Origin: an uncultured Nitrososphaerota archaeon
GTDB taxonomy: Archaea > Asgardarchaeota > Njordarchaeia > Njordarchaeales > Panguiarchaeaceae
Length of the DNA stretch: 23,832 bases
Reading direction: 5' to 3'
Assembly: GCA_964636085.1 (NCBI GenBank)
Contig: CAZWPQ010000025.1
Span: 9,936-33,767 of the forward strand
Part shown: piece after piece, positions 1-8,442 of the stretch
Layout of the letters: the number at the start of each line of letters is the position of its first letter
Position numbering within the stretch: position 1 is the stretch's first letter
Notes under the pieces: generated by a model
The model's input: only the letters and a program-made list of their open reading frames with translations
The model's database searches: none
Told to the model about the DNA's origin: nothing
Program-made: the position numbers and the translations under genes

Positions 1-755
1 ATCACAAACCTTTCTCCCCATCTAATCTCCGCATCTTTGGGATCGGGATTTTTGACGAAAATAGCATGCTCCTTCATGTACCTCAAATTGTCAAGCGGAT
101 CAGGCATTTTGTTTCTTCTACCGAAATCTGTGGGACACGTAGAGATTACCTCTATTACCCTAAATCCCCTCATCCTTAAGGCAGTCATAATACTCTTTAC
201 AAGTTGTCTCACATGGTATACCGTCCACCTAGCGACATATATCGCCCCACTTGACGCGGCGAGCCATACAGCATTGAATGGGGGCTCAAGATAATTACCA
301 TAGGGCGTAGTTGTAGTTCTAGTGTATTCGGGAGTTGTTGGGCCGACCTGACCTCCTGTCATCCCATAGTTAAAATTATTGACCAAGATAACCAAAATAT
401 CTATATTTCTCCTAGCAGCATGGATAAAGTGATTTCCACCAATCGCCAGCAAGTCCCCATCTCCAGAAATCACACATACATGAAGATCTGGACGCGCCAA
501 CTTTAGACCCATTGCAAATGGTATAGCTCGACCATGGGTTGTATGGAATCCATCAAATGCCCAATATCCACTAGCTCTCCCCGCACATCCTATGCCCGAT
601 ACAACAACAACTTTCTTTGGATCTATATCTAGCATATCTATGGCTCTTGCAAAAGCATTCATAATTATACCCATACCACAACCTGGACACCAGATATGGG
701 GGAGCCTGTCTCTCCTAACAAATCTATCAATTGGGTGTTGTTCCTCTATACTCAC
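1..755 (-). CDS. korB: 2-oxoacid:ferredoxin oxidoreductase beta subunit (2-oxoglutarate type), 3' end runs out of the window
   Basis: Not in the ORF track because the stop is outside the window. Hand translation from GTG at 755 (RBS GGAGGTGA upstream) gives MSIEEQHPIDRFVRRDRLPHIWCPGCG...SGIGC...HTTHGRAIPFA...GDGD...NNFNYGMTGGQ...EVISTCPT, the TPP-binding beta-subunit motifs. It follows the alpha subunit directly. Confidence 0.92.
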   Translation of the reverse strand, partial: MSIEEQHPIDRFVRRDRLPHIWCPGCGMGIIMNAFARAIDMLDIDPKKVVVVSGIGCAGRASGYWAFDGFHTTHGRAIPFAMGLKLARPDLHVCVISGDGDLLAIGGNHFIHAARRNIDILVILVNNFNYGMTGGQVGPTTPEYTRTTTTPYGNYLEPPFNAVWLAASSGAIYVARWTVYHVRQLVKSIMTALRMRGFRVIEVISTCPTDFGRRNKMPDPLDNLRYMKEHAIFVKNPDPKDAEIRWGERFV

Positions 756-756
756 A

Positions 757-1899
757 TCATTTCACCTCCATTATCTTATCAACTATCTCTTCGGGATATA
801 TCCACCTACCGCCATAATTCCCAACCCAATATACTTCAGTTCTCCCCTTAGAGGCTCTTTCAACCTCCCTAGTTATTTGCCCATCATTAATCTCCGCAAC
901 TATATATGCCTTAATATTCCTCGCATAACTATATACCAATTCGTCTGGGAAAGGCCATATAGTCTTCAATCTCAGCAACCCTACTTTAACTCCCTCCTCC
1001 CTCGCCATATCCACCGCATGCTTTGCGCTACGGGCAGCAGAGCCATAGGATATAACCACTATTTCCGCATCTTTAACCTTGTAGGCTTCATACTCAATAA
1101 TCTCATTTTTCCTACTCCGAATTTTCTCTATCAGTCTCTTAATTAATCTATTGTGGGCATCAGCATTCACGGCGGGATATCCCCGTTCGTCATGTGTAAG
1201 ACCAGTAGTCTGAATTCTATAACCCTCACCAACAGGGGCCATGGGAGGTATTAAATCTCTATCTGGAAGATATGGTAAGTAACTAGCCTTATCTCTAGCG
1301 ACCTTCCTGTTTATAATTATGACATCTCTAGGATCTGGAACGACAACCTTCTCATATAGATGTGATAAACCCTCATCCATAAGCATAATGACTGGAGTCC
1401 TAAATTTCTCCGCCAGATTAAACGCTGTTATGGTCATATTAAAACATTCCTGGACAGTACTTGGCGATATAGCTATTATCTCATGTGGCCCATGGGTTCC
1501 CCATCTAGCCTGCTGGACATCACCCATCCCAATCATCGTTGGGAGACCAGTAGATGGGCCTCCCCTCTGGATATTTGCAATAACGATTGGAACTTCCATC
1601 ATTATTGCTAGGCCTATATTTTCCTGCATTAACGAAAACCCTGGCCCAGATGTGGCAGTCATCGCTTTTAGTCCTCCCCAAGAAGCCCCGATAATAGTCG
1701 CGATGGAGCCTATTTCATCTTCCATTTGTACAAATATCCCGCCCACTTGGGGTAATCTCCAAGATAGTCTTTCTGATACTTCATTGGATGGAGTTATCGG
1801 GTAGCCTGCAAAGAACCTACAACCTGCAAATATGGCGCCCTCCGCTAGAGCATCATTACCGCTCCAGAAATATGCGCCAGGCTTCGCTACTCCATTCAT
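757..1899 (-). CDS. korA: 2-oxoacid:ferredoxin oxidoreductase alpha subunit (2-oxoglutarate type)
   Basis: Motifs GYPITPS, QMEDEIGS, TATSGPGFSLMQE and QRGGPSTGLPT. Start reassigned to ATG 1899 (MNGVAKPG), which overlaps the korD stop (ATGA) and follows a GGAGG RBS. Confidence 0.92.
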   Translation of the reverse strand: MNGVAKPGAYFWSGNDALAEGAIFAGCRFFAGYPITPSNEVSERLSWRLPQVGGIFVQMEDEIGSIATIIGASWGGLKAMTATSGPGFSLMQENIGLAIMMEVPIVIANIQRGGPSTGLPTMIGMGDVQQARWGTHGPHEIIAISPSTVQECFNMTITAFNLAEKFRTPVIMLMDEGLSHLYEKVVVPDPRDVIIINRKVARDKASYLPYLPDRDLIPPMAPVGEGYRIQTTGLTHDERGYPAVNADAHNRLIKRLIEKIRSRKNEIIEYEAYKVKDAEIVVISYGSAARSAKHAVDMAREEGVKVGLLRLKTIWPFPDELVYSYARNIKAYIVAEINDGQITREVERASKGRTEVYWVGNYGGRWIYPEEIVDKIMEVK

Positions 1900-2213
1900 T
1901 CTTCCCCCACCTCCTCCATAGGAACGCTGAAGATTGCAAACTCGGGACATATTAACGAGCAAAAGCTACAGTTTATACATACCCTAAATGGTGGTTCCTC
2001 AACAACTACTGGATAGTGATAACCTTTTACATTGATGTCTTCGGATTGCTTTAACACACCTGATGGACAATTCTCAATACAGAAACCACAGCCTTTGCAT
2101 CGATCCTTTATCACTATTACTTTCCCCCTACGGATCCTAACACCCTCCCTCTTCATCATTTTCAATTTAAATTCCATTTCTCTTTTCTCCACAGGCTTTC
2201 TAAACTGCAACAA
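1896..2213 (-). CDS. korD: 2-oxoacid:ferredoxin oxidoreductase delta subunit (2x[4Fe-4S] ferredoxin-like)
   Basis: CKGCGFCIENCP and CINCSFCSLICPEFAI motifs plus KGYHYP. TTG start with GAGGAGG RBS; coupled to korA. Confidence 0.88.
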   Translation of the reverse strand: MLQFRKPVEKREMEFKLKMMKREGVRIRRGKVIVIKDRCKGCGFCIENCPSGVLKQSEDINVKGYHYPVVVEEPPFRVCINCSFCSLICPEFAIFSVPMEEVGEE

Positions 2214-2296
2214 TTTTTACGCCTCCTCATAATATAAATGCATATACTCCCATATATACATATGAAAATACAAAAATATAAAGATTAATATAAAAA

Positions 2297-4249
2297 TTAT
2301 ACCTTCGCCTCAACGAGCGCACCTCCTATCATACTGAAAATCTGGCCCATCGCGTAATTGGTCAGTGTAATTGCGCCAGTCGGGCATGATGCTACACATG
2401 CACCACACCCCTCACATGCTACTCCAACAACCTCAGCTCCTTCGGGAGTCATTGTAATGGCACTATACGGACACAATGAGACACAAATTCTACATTTCGA
2501 GCAAAGATCCTTTTCCACATACGCCACTATAGGCTCCTTCTCTATCTCTCTCTTTGATAGAATCTCTACTGCTTTGCTAGCAGCTGCACTCGCTTGTGAT
2601 ACAGAATCCTGTATATCTTTTGGGCCCTGTGCAACACCCGCTAGGAAAATACCCTTTATGGGTGACTCGACAGGCCTTAGCTTTGGATGAACCTCCTGTA
2701 GAAAACCATTTTCATCAACAGGTATTCTTAGGACACTCGCGATTTCTTTTGTCCTCGGAACTATACCCGTAGCTAGGACAACCATGTCTACTGGTAGTTT
2801 TATTTGTTCGCCAGTAATTGTATCCGTCGCATAAACAATTAATTTTTCTCCAACCTTAGTTATCTTAGATACCCTACCCCTAATGTATCTGACCTTCGTT
2901 TCTTCCTGAACCCTCATTATAAACTCTTCGTATCTCTTTCCTCCGGATCTTATATCTATATAAAATACATATGCCTCGCCATCAGGAACCAAGTGTCTAT
3001 ATATGAATACATGTTTTGCCGTGTACATGCAACATATCCTTGAGCAATAGGGTAAGTGTTGAAGATCTCTAGACCCCACACATTGAATAAAGGCAATTCG
3101 CTTTGGTATTTTACCGTCACTTGGACGTCTAATCTCCCCTCCCGTGGGGCCAGTTGAGGATATCAACCTCTCGAATTGGAGCGAATCTATCACATCCTCA
3201 TATCTTCCATATCCATATTCCCCAATTTTTTCTTTTGGATATAAGTCGAACCCTGTAGCCACAATTATTGCCCCTACATCTACTTCTATTATTTCTTCTC
3301 TGTCGAATAGATTTATTGCGTTTTGCTCACATACCTCAGCACATTCTGAGCATCTGGCAGTACCTATTCCATAACAATTTTTCTCATCTATCAGATATGA
3401 GGATGGTACTGCTTGCGGGAATGGTATATATATGGCCTTTCTAAGTGCTAGGCCTCTGTTAAATTCCTTATCTATCACTACTTGAGGACAAACTTTTTCG
3501 CATTCTCCACATAGATTACATGCCTCTATATCAACATACCTTGGTCTCTTTCTTATTTTGACCTTAAAGTTTCCGACCGATCCACTAACTTCAATTACCT
3601 CGCTAAGTGTATATAGTTTAATCTTCGGATGCCTCGCCACTTCAGCCATTTTTGGTGTCAATATACACTGGGCACAGTCGAGTGTTGGGAATGTTTCTGC
3701 TAGTTGCGCCATTCTTCCACCTATTGTTGGAGATTTCTCTACTAAGATAGCCTCAAATCCATTATTAGCAACATCAAGAGCTGCTTGAATCCCAGCTATC
3801 CCTCCACCAATAACTAGGCATCTCCTAACAACATTACCTTTGACTTTTTCGAGTGGTTTATTACCAACAACTTTATTGACGACACTCCATATAATGCGTA
3901 TAGCCTTTTCTGTAGCCGCATCCACATCCTCGTGAACCCAACTATTCTGCTCTCTTATATTGGCCATCTCTACTTTGTATGGATTTAGTCCCACGCCGCT
4001 AGAGGCCACCCTGAATGTTTCTAGATGTAGCGACGGAGAACAAGCAGCCACGACAACCGCGGTTAGATTTTTTTCTCTAATAGCTTTTTGAATAAGTTCT
4101 TGTCCTGGGGTCGAGCACATATATTTATAGTCCTCAGCATGAACAACATAAGGATGCTTACCTATGACCTCAACAACCTTCTTTACATCCACGGTGTCCG
4201 CAATGTTTCTTCCGCAGTGACAAACGAAGACCCCGACCCTTTCACCCAT
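2297..4249 (-). CDS. hdrA: Heterodisulfide reductase subunit A (FAD/Fe-S, canonical full-length architecture)
   Basis: N-terminal VCHCG/MCS/AACSP domain, GGGIAG FAD motif, TFPTLDCAQC, inserted 2x[4Fe-4S] domain, QFER, CVGSRD...CSRICCMYTAK, and a C-terminal 2x[4Fe-4S] domain. Confidence 0.95.
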   Translation of the reverse strand: MGERVGVFVCHCGRNIADTVDVKKVVEVIGKHPYVVHAEDYKYMCSTPGQELIQKAIREKNLTAVVVAACSPSLHLETFRVASSGVGLNPYKVEMANIREQNSWVHEDVDAATEKAIRIIWSVVNKVVGNKPLEKVKGNVVRRCLVIGGGIAGIQAALDVANNGFEAILVEKSPTIGGRMAQLAETFPTLDCAQCILTPKMAEVARHPKIKLYTLSEVIEVSGSVGNFKVKIRKRPRYVDIEACNLCGECEKVCPQVVIDKEFNRGLALRKAIYIPFPQAVPSSYLIDEKNCYGIGTARCSECAEVCEQNAINLFDREEIIEVDVGAIIVATGFDLYPKEKIGEYGYGRYEDVIDSLQFERLISSTGPTGGEIRRPSDGKIPKRIAFIQCVGSRDLQHLPYCSRICCMYTAKHVFIYRHLVPDGEAYVFYIDIRSGGKRYEEFIMRVQEETKVRYIRGRVSKITKVGEKLIVYATDTITGEQIKLPVDMVVLATGIVPRTKEIASVLRIPVDENGFLQEVHPKLRPVESPIKGIFLAGVAQGPKDIQDSVSQASAAASKAVEILSKREIEKEPIVAYVEKDLCSKCRICVSLCPYSAITMTPEGAEVVGVACEGCGACVASCPTGAITLTNYAMGQIFSMIGGALVEAKV

Positions 4250-4261
4250 ACCGTATCCCGT

Positions 4262-5908
4262 TTATCTATACTTTATGTCTCCCCTGTAATCTGGTAATAT
4301 TATTGGTGCCTCAAGATCCGTCTTTATTCCTTCCTTCTCAAGCATTTCCTCCCATTTCCCGACATGATCTAGAGTCAATTTTCCGATTTTCACTTTTTCT
4401 ATGTGCTTCGCCGCACGCATTCCCGCCAATCTGCCAAACACTGTTATCTCAAGTAAGGAATTACCCATCAGTCTATTCTTCCCATGTACACCACCGGTTA
4501 CCTCTCCAGCAGCAAATAGATTTGGTATAGGCCTATCTCCACTACCAAGTACCTGACATTGAGTATTTATCCTTATACCTCCATTCTGATAGTGAAGCGT
4601 TGGATAAACAAGTATTGGTTCCTTCCTTATATCAATACCAAACCTCCTGAACTGCCTAAGCATCGCTGGAAGATATCTCTCAATTGTTCCCTCCCCCTTG
4701 ATTATTTCTATCATAGGAGAGTCCAACCATACGCCCCATGTACCTACGGGGGTTCTAACACCCTTCTTTCTCCCTTGACACTCCCTTATTATCGAGGCCG
4801 CCACGATGTCCCTTGGTTCTAATGGGTAGACAAATTGTTTTCCCTCTATATTTACTAATTGGGCACCAAGCCCCCTAACTTTCTCTGTTACTAGCTGACC
4901 AGCAATCTGTGGTGGCCAAGCGGCTCCTGTTGGGTGATATTGAACAGAGTCCAAATCTCGTATTGTTGCCCCAACTCTATATGCCATTACTACTCCATCC
5001 ATTGTTGCTCCATAGTGATTCGTTGTTTGGAAGCCTTGTATATGCAATCTTCCAAAGCCACCTGTAGTTAGTATAGTTGCTTTTGCACGAACCATGAGAT
5101 ATTCCTCTGTCTCTAGATTCATGAGTACTGCTCCAGCAACTTGTCCTCTATCATCCATCAGAAGCTCTACCGCTGGTGAGAATTCAATTATGTTTATGCC
5201 CTTGTTTAACACTTCATCCATAAGTACACGCATTATCTCGAGACCAGTATAGTCCCCCGCAGAGTGCATTCTATATCTCGAAGTTCCACCACCAGAGATC
5301 TCTATCATCTCCCCAGTCTCCTCTTTGTCGAACATAACCCCAAGATCCTCAAGCCACTTAATGATAAATGGAGCCGTGGTAACAAGTATCTTTACCAGTC
5401 TAGGATCATTGGTGTAGTGGCCTCCCCTCATAACATCCAAGAAATGAATTACGGGGCTATCATAGTCCTTATCTGCGGCCTGTATTCCGCCCTGCGCCAT
5501 TTTAGTATTTGCATCTCCAAATCTGAGCTTCGTAGCGATTAGTATTCTGTCTGCAGGCACCCCGCTATAGTGAGCCCACAATGCGGCAGATGCCCCTGCG
5601 CCTCCCCCACCAATTATTAGGATGTCAACATCGTAATCTGGTTCTGAGAGATCAAGATCCCTATATATGTTTCTAAGTCTTGAGTGAGCCTCAAGCAAAT
5701 CGGCGACTTCTAGTGGTGCTAACTCCCCCTTACTCGCCCCTATTCTGATTCTCCTTTTCTGTTCTGGCTTATAGTCAGGATGCCATTTCCTAAGGAGGTT
5801 TTCCTTTTCCTCATCGCCCAAGAGCGGGTATTTTTCCTCTAGACGCTTATCTCTAGTTTCCTCTACAACACGAATAGATTCTCTAAATTCTGGTGGATAT
5901 CCACTCAT
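4262..5908 (-). CDS. Fumarate reductase/succinate dehydrogenase family flavoprotein (soluble, probably non-covalent FAD, TfrA-like)
   Basis: GGGGAG, MAQGGI, QYHPTG, TEKVRG, PRDIVA, HYQNGG and HGKNRLMGNSL give the complete dicarboxylate active-site set. There is no His at the covalent-FAD position. Confidence 0.85.
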   Translation of the reverse strand: MSGYPPEFRESIRVVEETRDKRLEEKYPLLGDEEKENLLRKWHPDYKPEQKRRIRIGASKGELAPLEVADLLEAHSRLRNIYRDLDLSEPDYDVDILIIGGGGAGASAALWAHYSGVPADRILIATKLRFGDANTKMAQGGIQAADKDYDSPVIHFLDVMRGGHYTNDPRLVKILVTTAPFIIKWLEDLGVMFDKEETGEMIEISGGGTSRYRMHSAGDYTGLEIMRVLMDEVLNKGINIIEFSPAVELLMDDRGQVAGAVLMNLETEEYLMVRAKATILTTGGFGRLHIQGFQTTNHYGATMDGVVMAYRVGATIRDLDSVQYHPTGAAWPPQIAGQLVTEKVRGLGAQLVNIEGKQFVYPLEPRDIVAASIIRECQGRKKGVRTPVGTWGVWLDSPMIEIIKGEGTIERYLPAMLRQFRRFGIDIRKEPILVYPTLHYQNGGIRINTQCQVLGSGDRPIPNLFAAGEVTGGVHGKNRLMGNSLLEITVFGRLAGMRAAKHIEKVKIGKLTLDHVGKWEEMLEKEGIKTDLEAPIILPDYRGDIKYR

Positions 5909-6624
5909 TCCTGAATCACCTCCTCTATATCCATACCCTTTATAAGTTTTTCAGCCAAGTCTTTCCACAATTCAGGCCCTCCACTTATAACCTTGTTAAG
6001 CTTCTCTTCATATAGGCCCTGCGCTATTTCTTTTACACGCTTTTCTAAGTGCTTTGCTTTTGGTGCAATATACTTACCATAGAGACGCCTAACAAGTTGG
6101 AATACATAGAAATGCTGTATCTCCGCAGGACATCTGAGAGTACAGGAACCACAGGAAATACAATCGAAGGTTAGCCTAGCTGCCTTGGCTATATCCCCCC
6201 TTAGGATAGCCTGTATTGCATCCATGACCTCCAATTCTTGTGGACATACTTTTGTGCATGTATTACATGATATACATCTCGCTATTTCTGGAAATATAGC
6301 TAAAACAACAGATGCAGCTGGAGACATGTTTTCTAAGTCATACCTTGGTTTTTCCGCTGGAACAAATGGTATTTGTGTTAAATACATGCCCTCTTCTACT
6401 GGTGTTTGACATGCAAGGCCCACATAGAGTCTATAGTCTCCCTGTTTCCTGTATACTGTCGTACAGGCACCACAGAAGCCTCCGCGACATCCGACGCCCC
6501 GAACGAGCTTGTATCCAAGGTATTCTAGTGCCTTTAATATTGTTAGTCCCGCGGGGACCTTATATCTTTTCCCCATAAAATAGATGGTTACAAACCTTTT
6601 GATAGATTCGGGCTCCTTACTCAC
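5905..6624 (-). CDS. Fumarate reductase/SDH-type iron-sulfur subunit ([2Fe-2S] + 2x[4Fe-4S])
   Basis: CRGGFCGAC...LAC [2Fe-2S] motif, plus CISCNTCTKVCP and CISCGSCTLRCP. ATGA overlap with the flavoprotein gene. Confidence 0.85.
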   Translation of the reverse strand: MSKEPESIKRFVTIYFMGKRYKVPAGLTILKALEYLGYKLVRGVGCRGGFCGACTTVYRKQGDYRLYVGLACQTPVEEGMYLTQIPFVPAEKPRYDLENMSPAASVVLAIFPEIARCISCNTCTKVCPQELEVMDAIQAILRGDIAKAARLTFDCISCGSCTLRCPAEIQHFYVFQLVRRLYGKYIAPKAKHLEKRVKEIAQGLYEEKLNKVISGGPELWKDLAEKLIKGMDIEEVIQE

Positions 6625-7498
6625 GATTGACCACCCCCATAAGTTTCTCGATTTTTTCTAACACCTCCTTATTGAGAGAGTCTAGACGCCCAAAAGAAAA
6701 AGCCAACAGCTCCGATACATAAAAAACAGGAAGAACTCTCCCCTTTAATTCTCTAGATTTTTTCATTTGCCCCTCCTCCAAATTAAACTTGCATAACGGG
6801 CATGTAGTAACAAACATATCTGCCCCCATCTTTATGGCAGATTCGGCTATCTCCTTTATTCTATCCCACATAACTTCGGGATCCCTAACAACACCGTAGC
6901 TCCCACAACATTCATTCCTATCTGGGTAATCCACAGGCTCTATACCTATATTCAAGAGTATGTCCTCAATAACTGTTGGATCTTCTGGGTCGTCTATGGC
7001 TACTTCTCGGGGTCTAAGCAATAAACAGCCATAAAAAGCCGCAGCTTTAAGGCCCTTGAGTGGTTTTTTTACTTTTCTTCTTATGTTTTCGTACCCAATA
7101 TAATCCCTTAGTAATTCGAGTAAATGTACCACTTTTATCCTACCCTCATACTCTGGCTCGTCATCTAGATATTTTCTCAATCTTTCAGCACCATCTAGAT
7201 CTGTTTTGTATCTTCTATCTGCTTGTTTTAGAGTGTGATTACACATGGAGCAAACTGTTAGAATTATACTTTCGGCATTATATTTTTTGGCCACCTCTTG
7301 AGCTCTTATAAGGTTTCTTAGTGGAGCTACTGTAAATGCAACCGAATCTGTCGGCAAGTTATATACAACCCCACAACAAGTCCAATTATCGATTTCTATG
7401 AGTTCAATACCGAATTCCTCCAAGATCGCTTTTGTAGCCTTCTCGTATCCGATCGCAGTGGCCTTAACTGTGCAACCGGGATAATATACCAATCTCAT
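6617..7498 (-). CDS. hdrB: Heterodisulfide reductase subunit B (two CCG domains), copy 1
   Basis: YYPGC...WTCCG...CSMC and FYGC...ECCG...CPLC: all ten CCG-domain cysteines are present. Confidence 0.93.
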   Translation of the reverse strand: MRLVYYPGCTVKATAIGYEKATKAILEEFGIELIEIDNWTCCGVVYNLPTDSVAFTVAPLRNLIRAQEVAKKYNAESIILTVCSMCNHTLKQADRRYKTDLDGAERLRKYLDDEPEYEGRIKVVHLLELLRDYIGYENIRRKVKKPLKGLKAAAFYGCLLLRPREVAIDDPEDPTVIEDILLNIGIEPVDYPDRNECCGSYGVVRDPEVMWDRIKEIAESAIKMGADMFVTTCPLCKFNLEEGQMKKSRELKGRVLPVFYVSELLAFSFGRLDSLNKEVLEKIEKLMGVVNRE

Positions 7499-7504
7499 AT
7501 CAAT

Positions 7505-7885
7505 TCACCCCGTATATTTCCTACCAGCTGCCACAAGGGCAATAGGAGGATATTTTTCAAGATTCCTAATCCTTCTCAAATCAATAGCATCCAGTCTTTT
7601 ACGTAGCCTTATTACTCTAAGACCCTCCATTATTTTTGCCACGTCTAGGTTTCTTGGACATCTCACGGAACAAGTAAAACAGGTAGCACAATACCATATC
7701 GATTCCACATCCAGTACCCTCTCATCACCTAGCTGGATTAGATGTATAACCTGATACGGCAAGAGATCCATGTGGCTAGCCATAGGGCACCCCGCGCCAC
7801 ATTTTCCACACAGGTAGCATAGATATACATCCTGTTCCGTCAACTCATAGATTTTTTGCGCTAATCTGCTAGCCATATCCTTCAT
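7505..7885 (-). CDS. hdrC: Heterodisulfide reductase subunit C (short form), copy 1
   Basis: CYLCGKCGAGCP and IWYCATCFTCSVRCP; directly upstream of hdrB. Confidence 0.9.
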   Translation of the reverse strand: MKDMASRLAQKIYELTEQDVYLCYLCGKCGAGCPMASHMDLLPYQVIHLIQLGDERVLDVESIWYCATCFTCSVRCPRNLDVAKIMEGLRVIRLRKRLDAIDLRRIRNLEKYPPIALVAAGRKYTG

Positions 7886-8442
7886 CCCTCTCCTAACAAT
7901 TTCTTTCCATAGTTATAGCCCTCCTCAAATGCCTTAAGGTTAAGATCAAGATACCTTCCCCTTACTCCCTGTATAACACTTTTCTTCATTGTTTCTGGAT
8001 CTATTAGTTTTGATATCGCTGTGAATGCCCCAACCATAACTATGTTCGCTACAATTCTTCTTCCTAAACCATCTGCGATCCTTGTAGCTGGTATCTTGTA
8101 GACCCTGGCTTTCTTTGCTCGGTCATCAAGCCTAACTAGGTCCTCATCAACAATTAACGTTCCTCCGTTCTTCAAGATCCCGATATATGTGTCATAGGCC
8201 TCCTGATACATTATAATCAAGTAATCCGCACTCCTAACCAACGGATAATCTATCTCCCTCTCGGTGTCTATCACAACCCTAGAAGCACATCTGCCGCCAC
8301 GGGCTTCAGGACCATAGCTAGGAAGATACGTTGAGTTGTATCCCTTTAACATGGCTGCATTTCCTATTATGAATCCAGTAAGGAGGATCCCTTGTCCTCC
8401 ATAACCACCGACTATTATCTCGATTCTACCCACATTCCTCAC
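7882..8442 (-). CDS. korC: 2-oxoacid:ferredoxin oxidoreductase gamma subunit
   Basis: GYGGQG, SYGPEARGG and ANIVMVGA motifs; overlaps both mvhA and hdrC by 4 nt. Confidence 0.9.
   Translation of the reverse strand: MRNVGRIEIIVGGYGGQGILLTGFIIGNAAMLKGYNSTYLPSYGPEARGGRCASRVVIDTEREIDYPLVRSADYLIIMYQEAYDTYIGILKNGGTLIVDEDLVRLDDRAKKARVYKIPATRIADGLGRRIVANIVMVGAFTAISKLIDPETMKKSVIQGVRGRYLDLNLKAFEEGYNYGKKLLGEG

Noticed and set aside
1900-1962. N-terminal extension of KorA containing GGGGG in the ORF track
   Set aside because: It overlaps korD. The poly-Gly is just the G-rich RBS region, and the ATG at 1899 gives a standard ATGA coupling.
4262-5908. L-aspartate oxidase (nadB) or APS reductase alpha subunit
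   Set aside because: It lacks the NadB EGGHS motif (reads SGGGTS), has no nadA/nadC neighbours, is coupled to an SdhB-like Fe-S gene, and carries the dicarboxylate-site residues that AprA lacks.
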